Origin: an uncultured Verrucomicrobiota bacterium
Lineage (GTDB): Bacteria; Verrucomicrobiota; Kiritimatiellia; JAAZAB01
Assembly (NCBI GenBank): GCA_964463985.1
Contig: CAYXEK010000007.1
Coordinates: 3,404-67,403, forward strand
Direction: 5' to 3'
Length of the DNA stretch: 64,000 nucleotides
A model generated the notes under the pieces. That model was not told the DNA's origin and searched no databases. It saw only the letters and a program-made list of their open reading frames with translations. A program made the position numbers and the translations under genes. Below, piece by piece: positions 19,043-29,000 of this stretch (the stretch's first letter is position 1; the number at the start of each line of letters is the position of its first letter).

Positions 19043-19078
19043 ATGTGTTATGGTTTAAAAGTTTTATGGAGGAAACAT

Positions 19079-20080
19079 TCAAACGCAACCTTTAACTTCT
19101 TCGATGTTTCGCGTCCCCCCGTCCCGCGCGGCTTCCGCCACGCGGACGGCTTGCAATCCGTCCCGCAAATCCGGAGCGGCGGCCGGGCCGGAACGCAGCA
19201 TTTCCACAAAGGCCGCGGTCTCGCCCAGCGTCCCGGTCTTTTCATAAAACGGCATTTCGGCCGGCGCCTGCCAGGCGAGGCTGATTTGTTTGCCTTCCCA
19301 GATTTCCAGGCGCCCGTTGTTCACATCCGCCAGCACATGGTAATTCTGGCCGAAGACTTCGTAGATTTCCTCGTGATGCCCGCCGTCAAACGCCATGGCG
19401 CAGTATCCTTCCAGGCCATTATTGAATTCCAGGCGCACGCCGGCATTGTTCATTCTTTCCGGAGCGCGGTTGGATGACACCGCCATCACCCGCGCCGGCG
19501 CCGCAAGCGACATGACCGTGTCGTAAACATGAATCCCGGTGGAATACATGTTTTCCGGCTCCACGCGGTGGTGGCGGACTATGCGCCCAAGAATCAAGTC
19601 CGGCGGCCGCTTTTCCCGCGCGCCGGCCAGCCAGTGCTGCGCCCGGGCCATGGCCGGGCCGAACCGCCGGTTGAACGACACCATGTTTTTCACGCCGCGG
19701 CGTTCGGCAATCTCCGCCAGCGCGGCCGTTTCGGCGGCCGACCAGCCCGGCGGCTTTTCGATCAGGGCGTTGAATCCGCGTTCCATGACGTCGCCGCCTA
19801 CCCGGCGCAGCAGTCTCGGCCCGACGATCACCAGCACGCCATCCGGCTTTTCCCGGTCCAGCATGGCGGCATAATCATTGTCAGTGCGGGCGAACCCAAA
19901 ATCCGCGGCATATTTTGACGCGCGCGCAGCGTCCAGGTCGCAGACCGCCGCCAGTTCCAGCGCGCCCGGCCGTTCACTCCGGATGCGAGAGAGCGCCTGG
20001 CCGTGGAACTGTGAATGCCCGCCCGCGCCGATCACGCAGATGCGCAGGGGAATATTGTTTTTTGTATGATTCTTGTGCAT
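19079..20080 (-). CDS. Gfo/Idh/MocA family NAD(P)-dependent oxidoreductase
   Basis: N-terminal Rossmann motif ICVIGAGGHSQFH, family-typical EKP motif and C-terminal alpha/beta domain. Confidence 0.85.
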   Translation of the reverse strand: MHKNHTKNNIPLRICVIGAGGHSQFHGQALSRIRSERPGALELAAVCDLDAARASKYAADFGFARTDNDYAAMLDREKPDGVLVIVGPRLLRRVGGDVMERGFNALIEKPPGWSAAETAALAEIAERRGVKNMVSFNRRFGPAMARAQHWLAGAREKRPPDLILGRIVRHHRVEPENMYSTGIHVYDTVMSLAAPARVMAVSSNRAPERMNNAGVRLEFNNGLEGYCAMAFDGGHHEEIYEVFGQNYHVLADVNNGRLEIWEGKQISLAWQAPAEMPFYEKTGTLGETAAFVEMLRSGPAAAPDLRDGLQAVRVAEAARDGGTRNIEEVKGCV

Positions 20081-20087
20081 TTTGTGG

Positions 20088-21512
20088 CTATTCCCCTTTT
20101 TCGAATTCCAAGTTTAAATGATTGCCTGCCGCCAGCATCCGGTTGGCTTCCGCGGCAATGCGCCGGCAGGCTTGTTCCGGCGGTTCCACGCCCAGCCATA
20201 CAAGCTGCATACGGCTGTACACATGCTCAACCACCGATATCCGCGGCGCCGTCACCACCGGCTCGGCGTGTTCCAATTCATTCAAAAACACACCAAACCC
20301 GGGAATTTTCTGCGCCATGCCGCGGCAGAACATTTCGCCTGTCTTGCGGTGGCAGGAAAAAGCATCGGCGCGTTCGGAAAGAAACAGTTGGTTTTCCGGC
20401 AGCAGCAGAAAGTTCAGCCAATCCCGCACCAACGCCGGCTGTTCAACCGCGCGCGGAATCATGCAGGCATCCAGCCGCAAATGCGTCGTACGGCGCGCGC
20501 CATGCGGCAGCGGCGCAAATCCCAGTTTAAATTTCTGCCGGGCATGCAGGAAACTGCGCGTCACCCAGGTGGTCAGGAAATGCCCATAATCAAATAAATC
20601 CCCCAGGTTCGCCTTGAGCGACAGCGGCAGGCAGCACAGGTGTTTGACATGCCCCAGATCCGCCAGGAACTCGATCGCGCGGATAGCGGCGGACTGGTCC
20701 AGGAGACACCGTCGTCCGTCCGCGGAAAACAACTCGCCGCCGAACATCCGCACGAAAATCGGCCAGCGGTTCATGCCGGTGGACAGGATCATCGGGTAAG
20801 ACCGGTAGCCGGCGCCCTTGGACTGATGCCGACGCAACCGCCGCACAAACTCATCCAAGGGGGAATCCGGCGAAAACTCCCCGGCCTTGGCAGAATAATC
20901 CAGGTTCTGGCAGCTCACCACCGGGCTGGCATTCACCGGCAGCGCCAGCAGCCGGCCCGCCGACGTCCGGCAGGCGGCCACCGCGGCCGGCGCACAGGCC
21001 TCCGGGTCCCACTCAAGCTCCGGCAACTCCTCCAGGGGCAGAAACGCGCGGAAATATCTGGGATCGGTCAGATACTGCCGCACCATCCATTCGTTCACAA
21101 ACAGCAGGTCGGCGGATTCCAGAACATCCGCCCGCGTTTCCAGTTCCGGCTGCCCGAATTCCGTCAATTCCACCTGCAGATTCTGCCGGCGCGCCCCGAA
21201 CTTCTGGAGCAACTCCAGCAGGGCGGCGTTCACCCGGGCGTTAAACGCGCTGGCGATGCGCAGTTTCCGGCGGGCGCGCATGATGTTCGGCGCGGCGGTC
21301 AGCGCCTTGGCGGTCAGCACCGTGCCCCGGCGGGACGCCCGCCGAAGCAACTGGCGATCGGCCAGCGTTTGCAGCGCCCGGTGCATGGTGGCGTAACTGA
21401 CGCGGTACCGCCGGCACAGGGCGGAGGCCGGCGGCAGTTTCTGCCCCGGCCGGCCATCCCGGCCGAAGTCGCGCAGCACCCGGTTGGCCAGATCAATGTA
21501 TTTTAAAGCCAT
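20088..21512 (-). CDS. GntR-family HTH transcriptional regulator fused to a periplasmic-binding-protein-like sugar-sensor domain
   Basis: N-terminal PPASALCRRYRVSYATMHRALQTLADRQLL winged-helix HTH, followed by a ~400-aa ligand-binding domain. Confidence 0.75.
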   Translation of the reverse strand: MALKYIDLANRVLRDFGRDGRPGQKLPPASALCRRYRVSYATMHRALQTLADRQLLRRASRRGTVLTAKALTAAPNIMRARRKLRIASAFNARVNAALLELLQKFGARRQNLQVELTEFGQPELETRADVLESADLLFVNEWMVRQYLTDPRYFRAFLPLEELPELEWDPEACAPAAVAACRTSAGRLLALPVNASPVVSCQNLDYSAKAGEFSPDSPLDEFVRRLRRHQSKGAGYRSYPMILSTGMNRWPIFVRMFGGELFSADGRRCLLDQSAAIRAIEFLADLGHVKHLCCLPLSLKANLGDLFDYGHFLTTWVTRSFLHARQKFKLGFAPLPHGARRTTHLRLDACMIPRAVEQPALVRDWLNFLLLPENQLFLSERADAFSCHRKTGEMFCRGMAQKIPGFGVFLNELEHAEPVVTAPRISVVEHVYSRMQLVWLGVEPPEQACRRIAAEANRMLAAGNHLNLEFEKGE

Positions 21513-21587
21513 GCCACCACCTTTTTTAATTAATCTATACTAAATACAAAAACCAGGCAAGCACATTTTTTGGGGCACGGCATATGC

Positions 21588-21616
21588 TTGACAAACAGTC
21601 TGGATTTGAGATTATG
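21588..21616 (+). promoter_or_regulatory. Putative sigma70-type promoter for hisD
   Basis: TTGACA at 21588-21593, 16-17 nt spacer, GATTAT (-10-like) at about 21610-21615. hisD ATG 50 nt downstream. Confidence 0.3.
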
Positions 21617-21668
21617 AACAGGTTTTCGAAAAGCCGCCAGGCCAGTTTTTCAAGACTGACGCAGCAAC

Positions 21669-23054
21669 ATGGACGACCAAGTTTTGCTTAATTATCAGCA
21701 GCAGCCCGAGGCGGGCGGTCCGCCGCCGGCCTTCCCGCCCATCTTCAACTGGGCGCCGGATAACGCACCCCCGGAAGTCGCGGCGTTTTTCGCCCGGCCG
21801 GCCTTCGACCCCCGGGCCGAACAAATCGCCCGGGAAGCCCTGACGGACATTCAGGCCCGGGGCGACGCGGCCGTGCTGGATTGCATCCGCAAATTCGAAA
21901 ACCAAACCCTGACCGCGGAAAATCTGCGCGTCTCCCGGGATGAACTTAATGCGGCGCGCGACCAAATGGACAGCGACTTCATCGCCGCCTGCCGGGAATC
22001 CCACGGCCGGATCATGCAATTCGCCCGCGCGGGGATGAAGAAGGATTGGACCACCGCCACCCCCAAGGGCGGCGTGGTGGGCGAACAATTTTCGCCGCTG
22101 GAGCGCGTCGGCGCTTATATCCCCGGCGGCGCCGCGCCGCTGGTCTCCACCGCTCTTATGACCATCACGCTGGCCAAGGCGGCCGGGGTTCCGGAAATCG
22201 CCGCCTGCTCGCCCGCGGCGGCGGACGGCGCGATGAACCCTTACCTGCTCTATGCCATAGAAACGGCCGGCGCCACGGAAATTTACCGTATCGGCGGCAT
22301 CCAGGCCATCGGCGCCCTGGCCTACGGCACGCAGACCATCAGGAAGGTCCAGAAGATCGCCGGCCCGGGCGGCCCGTTCGTCACCGCCGCCAAGCGCCTG
22401 GTGTACGGCGCGGTGGCCCTGGACCTGGTGGCCGGTCCCAGTGAAATCGCCGTGCTGGCGGACGAAAGCGCCAAGCCCGACCAGGTGGCGGCGGACCTTT
22501 TGTCCCAGGCGGAACACGGCACCGGCAGCGAAAAAATCCTGCTGGTGACCACTGACGCCCGGCTGGCGCTGGCGGTTAGGCTGGAACTGGCGCGCCAGAC
22601 GGCAACGCTTTCCCGCCGCTCCGCCATCCAAAGCGTCATCCGCGAAGGGGCGCTGATTATCGTGGTCAACCACCTGGATCACGGCATGGAATTATGCAAC
22701 CGGTTCGCGCCGGAACACCTGGAAATCATCGTCCGCGAACCGCGCAACTGGCTGAAAAAAGTGCGCAATGCCGGCGCGGCGTTTATCGGCGCCTGGACCC
22801 CGGAATGCGCCGGCGATTTCGTGGCCGGACCCAGCCACGTGCTCCCCACCGGCGGCGCCGCGGCCATGTTTTCCGGTTTGACGGCGGACGATTTCCGCAA
22901 ACGCACCAGCGTCATTTCCTTTACCCGCGCCGATCTGCACGCAACGCTCGATACGATTGAGACCTTCGGCCGGGTGGAAGGGCTGGACGCCCACGCCCGC
23001 TCCGCGCGCATCCGGTTCGCCAAACCCTCGCCGCCAGCGGACGGTCCGGCATGA
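21669..23054 (+). CDS. hisD: Histidinol dehydrogenase
   Basis: Full-length match to HisD signatures (GAYIPGGAAPLVSTALM, GPSEIAVLADESA, QAEHGTGS). Confidence 0.95.
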   Translation: MDDQVLLNYQQQPEAGGPPPAFPPIFNWAPDNAPPEVAAFFARPAFDPRAEQIAREALTDIQARGDAAVLDCIRKFENQTLTAENLRVSRDELNAARDQMDSDFIAACRESHGRIMQFARAGMKKDWTTATPKGGVVGEQFSPLERVGAYIPGGAAPLVSTALMTITLAKAAGVPEIAACSPAAADGAMNPYLLYAIETAGATEIYRIGGIQAIGALAYGTQTIRKVQKIAGPGGPFVTAAKRLVYGAVALDLVAGPSEIAVLADESAKPDQVAADLLSQAEHGTGSEKILLVTTDARLALAVRLELARQTATLSRRSAIQSVIREGALIIVVNHLDHGMELCNRFAPEHLEIIVREPRNWLKKVRNAGAAFIGAWTPECAGDFVAGPSHVLPTGGAAAMFSGLTADDFRKRTSVISFTRADLHATLDTIETFGRVEGLDAHARSARIRFAKPSPPADGPA

Positions 23055-24109
23055 ACATGCAAAACTCCGAAAAACTGATCCGTGCCAGCGTCCGGCGGAT
23101 GCAGGGCTATACCCCGGGAGAACAGCCCGCCGACCCGGCGGTTATAAAGCTCAACACCAACGAGTGCCCCTACCCGCCTTCGCCCCGGGTGCTGGAGGCG
23201 CTCGCCGCTTACGCCGCCGACAGCCTCCGGCTTTACCCCGACCCGCTATGCAAAACCGTGCGCCGCGCCGTAGCCGATTTGCATCAGTGCGCCGTCGAAC
23301 AGGTTTTTTTCGGCAACGGCTCGGATGAGATCCTGCGCCTGTGCGCCGAGGCTTTCGTGGAAAATGACGGCGCTATCGGCTATTTCGACCCGTCATACTC
23401 GCTGTACCCGGTACTGACCCAAATCCGCGATGCCCGGGCGCTGCCGGTCCCGCTCAACCGCGCGCTGGACTGGCCCGATCCCGACCCGGCAGCCGCGGAT
23501 TTGTTTTTCCTGACCAACCCCAACGCGCCCGGCGGGCGGCATTATCCGGCTGCGCAGGTGGAACAGTTCTGCCGCCAAGCGCGCGGCGTGGTGGTGATTG
23601 ACGAAGCTTACGTGGATTTCGCCGAGTTTGACTGCGCGCGGCTGGCGTTGACCCTGCCCAACACCCTGGCGCTGCGGACCCTGTCAAAATCATATTCCCT
23701 CGCCGGCCTGCGCGCCGGGTACGCGCTCGGCCCTCCGCCGCTGGTCGCGGCCATGTACAAGATCAAGGATTCCTACAATGTCAACCGGCTGACCCAGGCG
23801 CTGGCATTGGCGGCCGTCAAAGACCAGGCATACATGCGGACGCAAGTAGCCAGAATCAAGCAGACCCGGCGGCGCCTGGCGGAGGAATTGACGCGGAGGG
23901 GATGCGAGGTCTGGCCGTCGGCCGCCAATTTTCTCTGGTTGGCCCCGCCGGCGCCGGGCGCGGCGCGGCTGTATGATATGCTGAAGGAACGCGGCATCCT
24001 GGTGCGCTACTTCCCCGGGCCGCGCACCGGGACCAACCTGCGCATCAGCATCGGCACGGATGACCAGACCGACCGGCTGCTGGAAACACTGAGCGCCCTG
24101 GGCCTTTGA
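23051..24109 (+). CDS. hisC: Histidinol-phosphate aminotransferase
   Basis: Class-II aminotransferase. LNTNECPYPPSP N-terminus and SKSYSLAGLRAGY pyridoxal-Lys region. ATGA overlap with hisD stop. Confidence 0.9.
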   Translation: MNMQNSEKLIRASVRRMQGYTPGEQPADPAVIKLNTNECPYPPSPRVLEALAAYAADSLRLYPDPLCKTVRRAVADLHQCAVEQVFFGNGSDEILRLCAEAFVENDGAIGYFDPSYSLYPVLTQIRDARALPVPLNRALDWPDPDPAAADLFFLTNPNAPGGRHYPAAQVEQFCRQARGVVVIDEAYVDFAEFDCARLALTLPNTLALRTLSKSYSLAGLRAGYALGPPPLVAAMYKIKDSYNVNRLTQALALAAVKDQAYMRTQVARIKQTRRRLAEELTRRGCEVWPSAANFLWLAPPAPGAARLYDMLKERGILVRYFPGPRTGTNLRISIGTDDQTDRLLETLSALGL

Positions 24110-24225
24110 CCGCATGCGATGAACGGGTGCGCTTTCCGCTTGAGGCGGGTTGCGTCCGCAAACTGTTGACAGACCCTGAATATTGCGCTTGCCGCGCGCA
24201 ACACCCAGATACTATATTAGCCGGG

Positions 24226-25479
24226 ATGCAGGGACAAATCACAATTGAGCATGTCGGCAAATCTTACCGGCTCTACCGTTCCACCGGCGACCGTATCCGG
24301 GAAGCGTTGCATCCCCGCCGCCGCAAGTACCACCAATTGTTCAAGGCGCTGGATGACATTTCCTGCGCCGTCCACCCCGGCACCACCCTGGGGGTGATCG
24401 GGCGCAACGGCTCGGGCAAATCCACGCTCTTGAAAATAATCGCCGGCATCATCACTCCCACCCAGGGCCGGGCGCGCGCCGCCGGCCGGCTGGCGGCGCT
24501 GCTGGAACTGGGCGCCGGGTTCAACCCGGAACTGACCGGCCTGGAAAACATTTACTTCAACGGCACCATCATGGGTTACCGGCGCCGCGACATGCGGGCA
24601 AAGCTGCCGGAGATAACGGCCTTCGCCGACATCGGGCCGTATCTCGACCAGCCGGTTAAAACCTATTCCAGCGGCATGTTTGTCCGCCTGGCATTCGCCG
24701 TCGCCATCAATGTGGAACCGGATATTCTGCTGGTGGACGAAGCGCTGGCAGTGGGCGACATTAATTTCCAGGCCCGCTGTTTCCGCAAACTGAACGAATT
24801 CCGCCGCAGCGGCCGCACGGTGGTGTTCGTCACCCACTCGCTGGACACCATTCTGCGGTACTGCGACAAAACCATCGTGCTGGAGCAAGGCCGCAAGGCG
24901 GCGGAAGCCGACCCCAAAACAGCGGTGGATGCCTACAAGCAACTGATGGCCGAGCGCGATCAGCGCCGGATCGCCCCGGCCCCGACGGCAGCCGCCGCCC
25001 CGGCGCAGGCATACCGCGGCCATTTCCAGCGCAATCCGGACACGCTGACCTACGGCAACGGCGCCGCCGATATCGCTGATTTCGGGCTGTTTGACGCAGC
25101 CGGGCGCCCGACCCGCTTATTGACCAGCGGCGAGTTTTGCAGCATCCGCATGGAAGTCGTTTTCCATACCGCATTGACAAATCCGATTTTCGCCTATACC
25201 ATCAAGGACCTGAAAGGACTGGAACTTACCGGCGCCAACACGCTCTTCCAGGAAATCGCCACCGGCGAATACCGGCCCGGCCAGCAGGCCCGGGTGCATT
25301 TCCGGCAAAGGTTAAACCTGCAGTCCGGCCGGTATGCGCTTTCGCTGGGCTGCACCGGCATGCACGGCGACACCCTGCTGGTTTACCAGCGGCTGTACGA
25401 CGTGCTCCTGTTCGAAGTCGCCGCCCCCCGGCCGGTGGTGGGATTGTTCGATCCGGAAACGCAAATTGAAATCACATGA
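24226..25479 (+). CDS. O-antigen/teichoic-acid-type ABC exporter ATP-binding protein (Wzt/TagH-like) with C-terminal Wzt_C carbohydrate-binding domain
   Basis: Walker A GRNGSGKST, signature YSSGMFVRLAFA, Walker B ILLVDEALAVGD. C-terminal ~150 aa (TYGNGAADIADFGLFD...) matches the Wzt O-antigen-binding domain. Start taken at the internal ATG 24226. Confidence 0.85.
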   Translation: MQGQITIEHVGKSYRLYRSTGDRIREALHPRRRKYHQLFKALDDISCAVHPGTTLGVIGRNGSGKSTLLKIIAGIITPTQGRARAAGRLAALLELGAGFNPELTGLENIYFNGTIMGYRRRDMRAKLPEITAFADIGPYLDQPVKTYSSGMFVRLAFAVAINVEPDILLVDEALAVGDINFQARCFRKLNEFRRSGRTVVFVTHSLDTILRYCDKTIVLEQGRKAAEADPKTAVDAYKQLMAERDQRRIAPAPTAAAAPAQAYRGHFQRNPDTLTYGNGAADIADFGLFDAAGRPTRLLTSGEFCSIRMEVVFHTALTNPIFAYTIKDLKGLELTGANTLFQEIATGEYRPGQQARVHFRQRLNLQSGRYALSLGCTGMHGDTLLVYQRLYDVLLFEVAAPRPVVGLFDPETQIEIT

Positions 25480-25491
25480 GCGAACTGCAAA

Positions 25492-26403
25492 ATGGCGATG
25501 CTGGATACAACCTGCTATAAAGGCGCGGATGCCTATACCGACGGTCCGATCGAGGACGAGTTGCTGGCGCTGGCCGGCGCCGGGCCGGTGACGCCGGATA
25601 TGCTGGCCCGCGACAACCGCTGGCCGGTGCTTTGCCACTTCGCCCCCGAACGGCGCAATCTGCTGGAATGGTTTCCATTCAATCCCGCCGGGCGTCTGCT
25701 GGAAGTCGGCGCCGGATGCGGGGCTCTGACCGGCCTGTTTTGCGATAAAGTCGCCGAAGTTCACGCAGCCGAATTGTCGCTCAAACGCAGCCGCATTCTG
25801 CAGGCCCGTTACGCCGGCCGCGCCAACCTGCGGATTCGGGTGGGAAACGTGCTGGACATGCCGCCGGACGAACGCTTCGACTACATTACGCTGATCGGCG
25901 TTCTGGAGTATGCCGCCGCTTTCGTCCCGGATTCGCGCCCGCACCTGGCGCTGCTGCGGCGGCTGGCTGCACAGCTCAAGCCGGCGGGAACGCTGCTGCT
26001 GGCGATTGAAAACAAATTCGGCCTGAAATATTTTGCCGGCGCCCCGGAAGACCATACCGGCCGCCTCTTTGAGGGGATTGAAGGCTACCCCGGCGCCGGC
26101 GCGGCCCGCACTTTCGCGCGGCACGAGCTGGACCAGCTGCTGGCCCAGGCCGGTTTTGACCGCCGCGATTTTTATTATCCTTATCCCGACTACAAACTCC
26201 CGCGGGAAATTTTTTCCGACGCCTGGCTGCCGCCGCCCCATCATGTCCTGCCGGACGCCCCCAATTACGACCATGAACGCCTGCGCATGCTGAGCGAAAC
26301 GCGCGCGTGGGAAAACATCATCCGCGCCGGCTATTTCCCGTTGTTCGCTAATTCCTTCCTGGTGGCGGCCGGGCGGGCGGCGACGCAGCCACGCGGGGAT
26401 TGA
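25492..26403 (+). CDS. Class I SAM-dependent methyltransferase
   Basis: Motif I LEVGAGCGALTG, acidic post-I and motif II. Directly follows wzt. Confidence 0.8.
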   Translation: MAMLDTTCYKGADAYTDGPIEDELLALAGAGPVTPDMLARDNRWPVLCHFAPERRNLLEWFPFNPAGRLLEVGAGCGALTGLFCDKVAEVHAAELSLKRSRILQARYAGRANLRIRVGNVLDMPPDERFDYITLIGVLEYAAAFVPDSRPHLALLRRLAAQLKPAGTLLLAIENKFGLKYFAGAPEDHTGRLFEGIEGYPGAGAARTFARHELDQLLAQAGFDRRDFYYPYPDYKLPREIFSDAWLPPPHHVLPDAPNYDHERLRMLSETRAWENIIRAGYFPLFANSFLVAAGRAATQPRGD

Positions 26404-26444
26404 TCCCGCGCGGAAAGGGTTGGTATGGCAGCCTGGAAAGAAAT

Positions 26445-27101
26445 ATGAAAACGAAAATTCAAGATATGCAAAACCAAATCGCCGCTTCCATTGCGCTCAA
26501 ACGCCGGCTGCTTGACCGGCCGCGGATTCTAACCCGCCTGGCGGAAATGGCGGCGGCGGCAACAGCGGTTTTCCGCGGCGGCGGCCGGCTCCTGCTGGCC
26601 GGCAACGGCGGCAGCGCCGCGGACGCGCAGCATATTGCCGGGGAACTGGTGGGCCGTTTCATGCGCGAGCGGGCGGCCCTGCCTGCCCTGGCGCTTTCCA
26701 CCGACACTTCCATTCTTACCGCGCTGGGCAACGATTATGCATTCAACATTGTCTTTGCCCGGCAGGTGGCGGCCCATGGCCGGCGCGGCGACATGTTGCT
26801 GGGGATTTCCACATCCGGCAATTCCGCCAACGTGGTGGAGGCATTGAAAACCGCGCGCGCCATGGGCTTGATCACCGCCGGCCTGACCGGCCGGGGCGGC
26901 GGCAGGATGGCGCCGCTCTGCGATTATTGCATCAGCATTCCGTCGCGCGATACACCGCGGGTGCAGGAAAGCATGCTGCTGCTGGAACACGTTTTCTGCG
27001 GGCTGATCGAGGAGGCAATGTTCCCGGCGGCGGGGCCAAAACCGCGCGCCAGCCGCCAGCCCCGGCGGAAAGCGGCGGCGCGCCGCTCCCGGAGTCACTG
27101 A
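26445..27101 (+). CDS. gmhA: D-sedoheptulose-7-phosphate isomerase (phosphoheptose isomerase)
   Basis: SIS-domain signatures LLAGNGGSAADAQHIAGEL and GISTSGNSANV. ATG 26445 preceded by GGAAAG. Confidence 0.9.
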   Translation: MKTKIQDMQNQIAASIALKRRLLDRPRILTRLAEMAAAATAVFRGGGRLLLAGNGGSAADAQHIAGELVGRFMRERAALPALALSTDTSILTALGNDYAFNIVFARQVAAHGRRGDMLLGISTSGNSANVVEALKTARAMGLITAGLTGRGGGRMAPLCDYCISIPSRDTPRVQESMLLLEHVFCGLIEEAMFPAAGPKPRASRQPRRKAAARRSRSH

Positions 27102-28126
27102 TCCGCGGGCCGGCTCCACATCAAATCATGCATGGCCTGGCGCAATTCCGCGAGCCCTGATCCCGCGCGGGCGGAGATGGGTATGGGCTGCCGGCCGGTC
27201 AGGCGCCGGAATTCCCCTAGGTTGGCCGCGGCCTCGGGCAGGTCCATTTTATTGGCCGCCACCAGCATTGGGCGCTGCAGCAAATCGGCGCGGTAGAGGC
27301 GCAGTTCTTCCAGCAGATTGCGGCAGTCATCCGCCGGCGACCGCCCTTCCGTACCGGCCATGTCGAGCACCAACAACAAGGCGCGGGCCCGTTCCACGTG
27401 GCGCAAAAATGCCGTGCCCAGGCCCGCGCCGGCGTGGGCGCCGGGTATCAAGCCGGGGATGTCCACCACCCGCAATTCGCGGTACGCCGCCTCGTATTTG
27501 ACCGTGCCGATCACCGGGTTCAGCGTGGTAAAGGGATAAGCGGCAATGCGCGGATGAGCATGGCTGATTTTGCCGAGCAACGTTGACTTGCCGGCGTTGG
27601 GGAAACCGATCAAACCGATATCCGCGATGATTTTAAGATCGAAGCGGATTTGCCTGGTTTCGCCGGGAGCGCCGCTGGTATGCTCGCGCGGCGCCTGATG
27701 CGTGCTGGTCTTCCAATGGCAATTGCCCAGGCCGCCCCGGCCGCCGGCCGCCACTTGCAGCCGGGCGCCGTCTTCCAGCAGGGCGCCCATGCTGGCGTCC
27801 GCATCCAGGTCGCGGACTTCCGTGCCGCATGGAACCTTGATCGTCAAATCGCGGCCGTTGCGGCCATGCTGCTGCTTACCCCGTCCGGGCTCGCCGTCCC
27901 CCGCGCGCTGCAGGGGCTGGAAATACAAGGCTATCAAGGAGTCAACGTTGCGGTCGGCCTCGGCAAACACATGCCCGCCGCGTCCTCCATCGCCGCCGTC
28001 GGGACCGCCGCGCGGCACAAATTTTTCGCGGCGGAAACTGGCGCAACCATCGCCGCCGGCGCCGGCGACAACGCGCGCCGCGGCAGAATCAACGAATTTA
28101 TGGCTTTTTAACCTGCGGGGGCACAC
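27095..28126 (-). CDS. obg: GTPase Obg/CgtA
   Basis: Obg fold N-domain [44 protein letters not shown] and G-domain [12 protein letters not shown]...DIPGLI. Likely GTG start. Confidence 0.95.
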   Translation of the reverse strand: MCPRRLKSHKFVDSAAARVVAGAGGDGCASFRREKFVPRGGPDGGDGGRGGHVFAEADRNVDSLIALYFQPLQRAGDGEPGRGKQQHGRNGRDLTIKVPCGTEVRDLDADASMGALLEDGARLQVAAGGRGGLGNCHWKTSTHQAPREHTSGAPGETRQIRFDLKIIADIGLIGFPNAGKSTLLGKISHAHPRIAAYPFTTLNPVIGTVKYEAAYRELRVVDIPGLIPGAHAGAGLGTAFLRHVERARALLLVLDMAGTEGRSPADDCRNLLEELRLYRADLLQRPMLVAANKMDLPEAAANLGEFRRLTGRQPIPISARAGSGLAELRQAMHDLMWSRPADQ

Positions 28127-28365
28127 GCGTTAATTCGCACCCTTTTGCCGTTCTTTTCAAATTTCACCAGGCCTTCCTGCAGGGCGAACAGGGTGTTGTC
28201 GCGCCCCTGTCCGACGCCCAGGCCCGGCATAATTTTCGTGCCGCGCTGGCGGACGATGATGCTGCCGATTGTCACAAGCTGCCCGTCGAAACATTTCACG
28301 CCCAGCCGCCGGCCCGCGCTGTCGCGTCCATTGCGGGCGCTGCCGCCGCTTTTTTTCGTTGCCAT
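28108..28365 (-). CDS. rpmA: 50S ribosomal protein L27
   Basis: [24 protein letters not shown]...[24 protein letters not shown] is the canonical L27 sequence. Confidence 0.95.
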   Translation of the reverse strand: MATKKSGGSARNGRDSAGRRLGVKCFDGQLVTIGSIIVRQRGTKIMPGLGVGQGRDNTLFALQEGLVKFEKNGKRVRINACAPAG

Positions 28366-28411
28366 GGCAAAATTTCCCCCGACTGATCCGCGCCGGCGGC
28401 GCTGGACCTGG

Positions 28412-28723
28412 TTAAACGCTTTCGATTTTCAAGACCGTCTGTTCCTGGCGATGGCCCTGTTTGCGGTTATATCCCTTGCGCCGTTTCTTGCGGTAGGCCA
28501 CGACCTTGCCGCCGCGCAGGTGCTCCACCACCGTCGCAACAACTTCGGCCTGCTCGACATGCGGCCGCCCCACGGTTAAAGTAGCGCCATCCGACACCGC
28601 AAGCACCGGTTGGATGGTGATCCGCGCGCCAACTTCCGCCGGCAAACGCTCTACGCGCAAGGTGTCCGACGCCTGCACCCGGTATTGTTTGCCGCCGGTT
28701 TCGACTACTGCATAAGCTTTCAT
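28412..28723 (-). CDS. rplU: 50S ribosomal protein L21
   Basis: [16 protein letters not shown]...[27 protein letters not shown]. Start at ATG 28723 with GGGAGTG Shine-Dalgarno. Forms the conserved rplU-rpmA-obg operon. Confidence 0.95.
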   Translation of the reverse strand: MKAYAVVETGGKQYRVQASDTLRVERLPAEVGARITIQPVLAVSDGATLTVGRPHVEQAEVVATVVEHLRGGKVVAYRKKRRKGYNRKQGHRQEQTVLKIESV

Positions 28724-29000
28724 GGTCACTCCCGCTTGGTTCCGCCTGGGCGGCGGCATGCAAACACGACATGGCCGCAATGAAACGCCGACGCCTGATC
28801 CGCGTCCCGGCGAAACTCGCGGACGCAGCCGGCCGCGCCCGGTTGCAAACTCTCCGCCGCGTCATTCAGTAAAAAACAAAAGTTAGCAAAACGGCGGGAA
28901 ATGTCAATTGTGAAAATTTTGTTGCTTTGCCGGCGGGAAACCGTATCTTGTCCAACACCGGCGTCCGGGTTGTCCCGCATTACTTTACAGATCCCACAGC

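Noticed and set aside
21612-22682. 356-aa minus-strand ORF (also 22046-22444 and 22322-22669)
   Set aside because: Overlaps hisD, which has unambiguous family signatures. Translation is Gly/Arg-rich with no domain.
24166-24194. TTGACA hexamer upstream of wzt as a promoter
   Set aside because: No acceptable -10 element at a 16-18-nt spacing.
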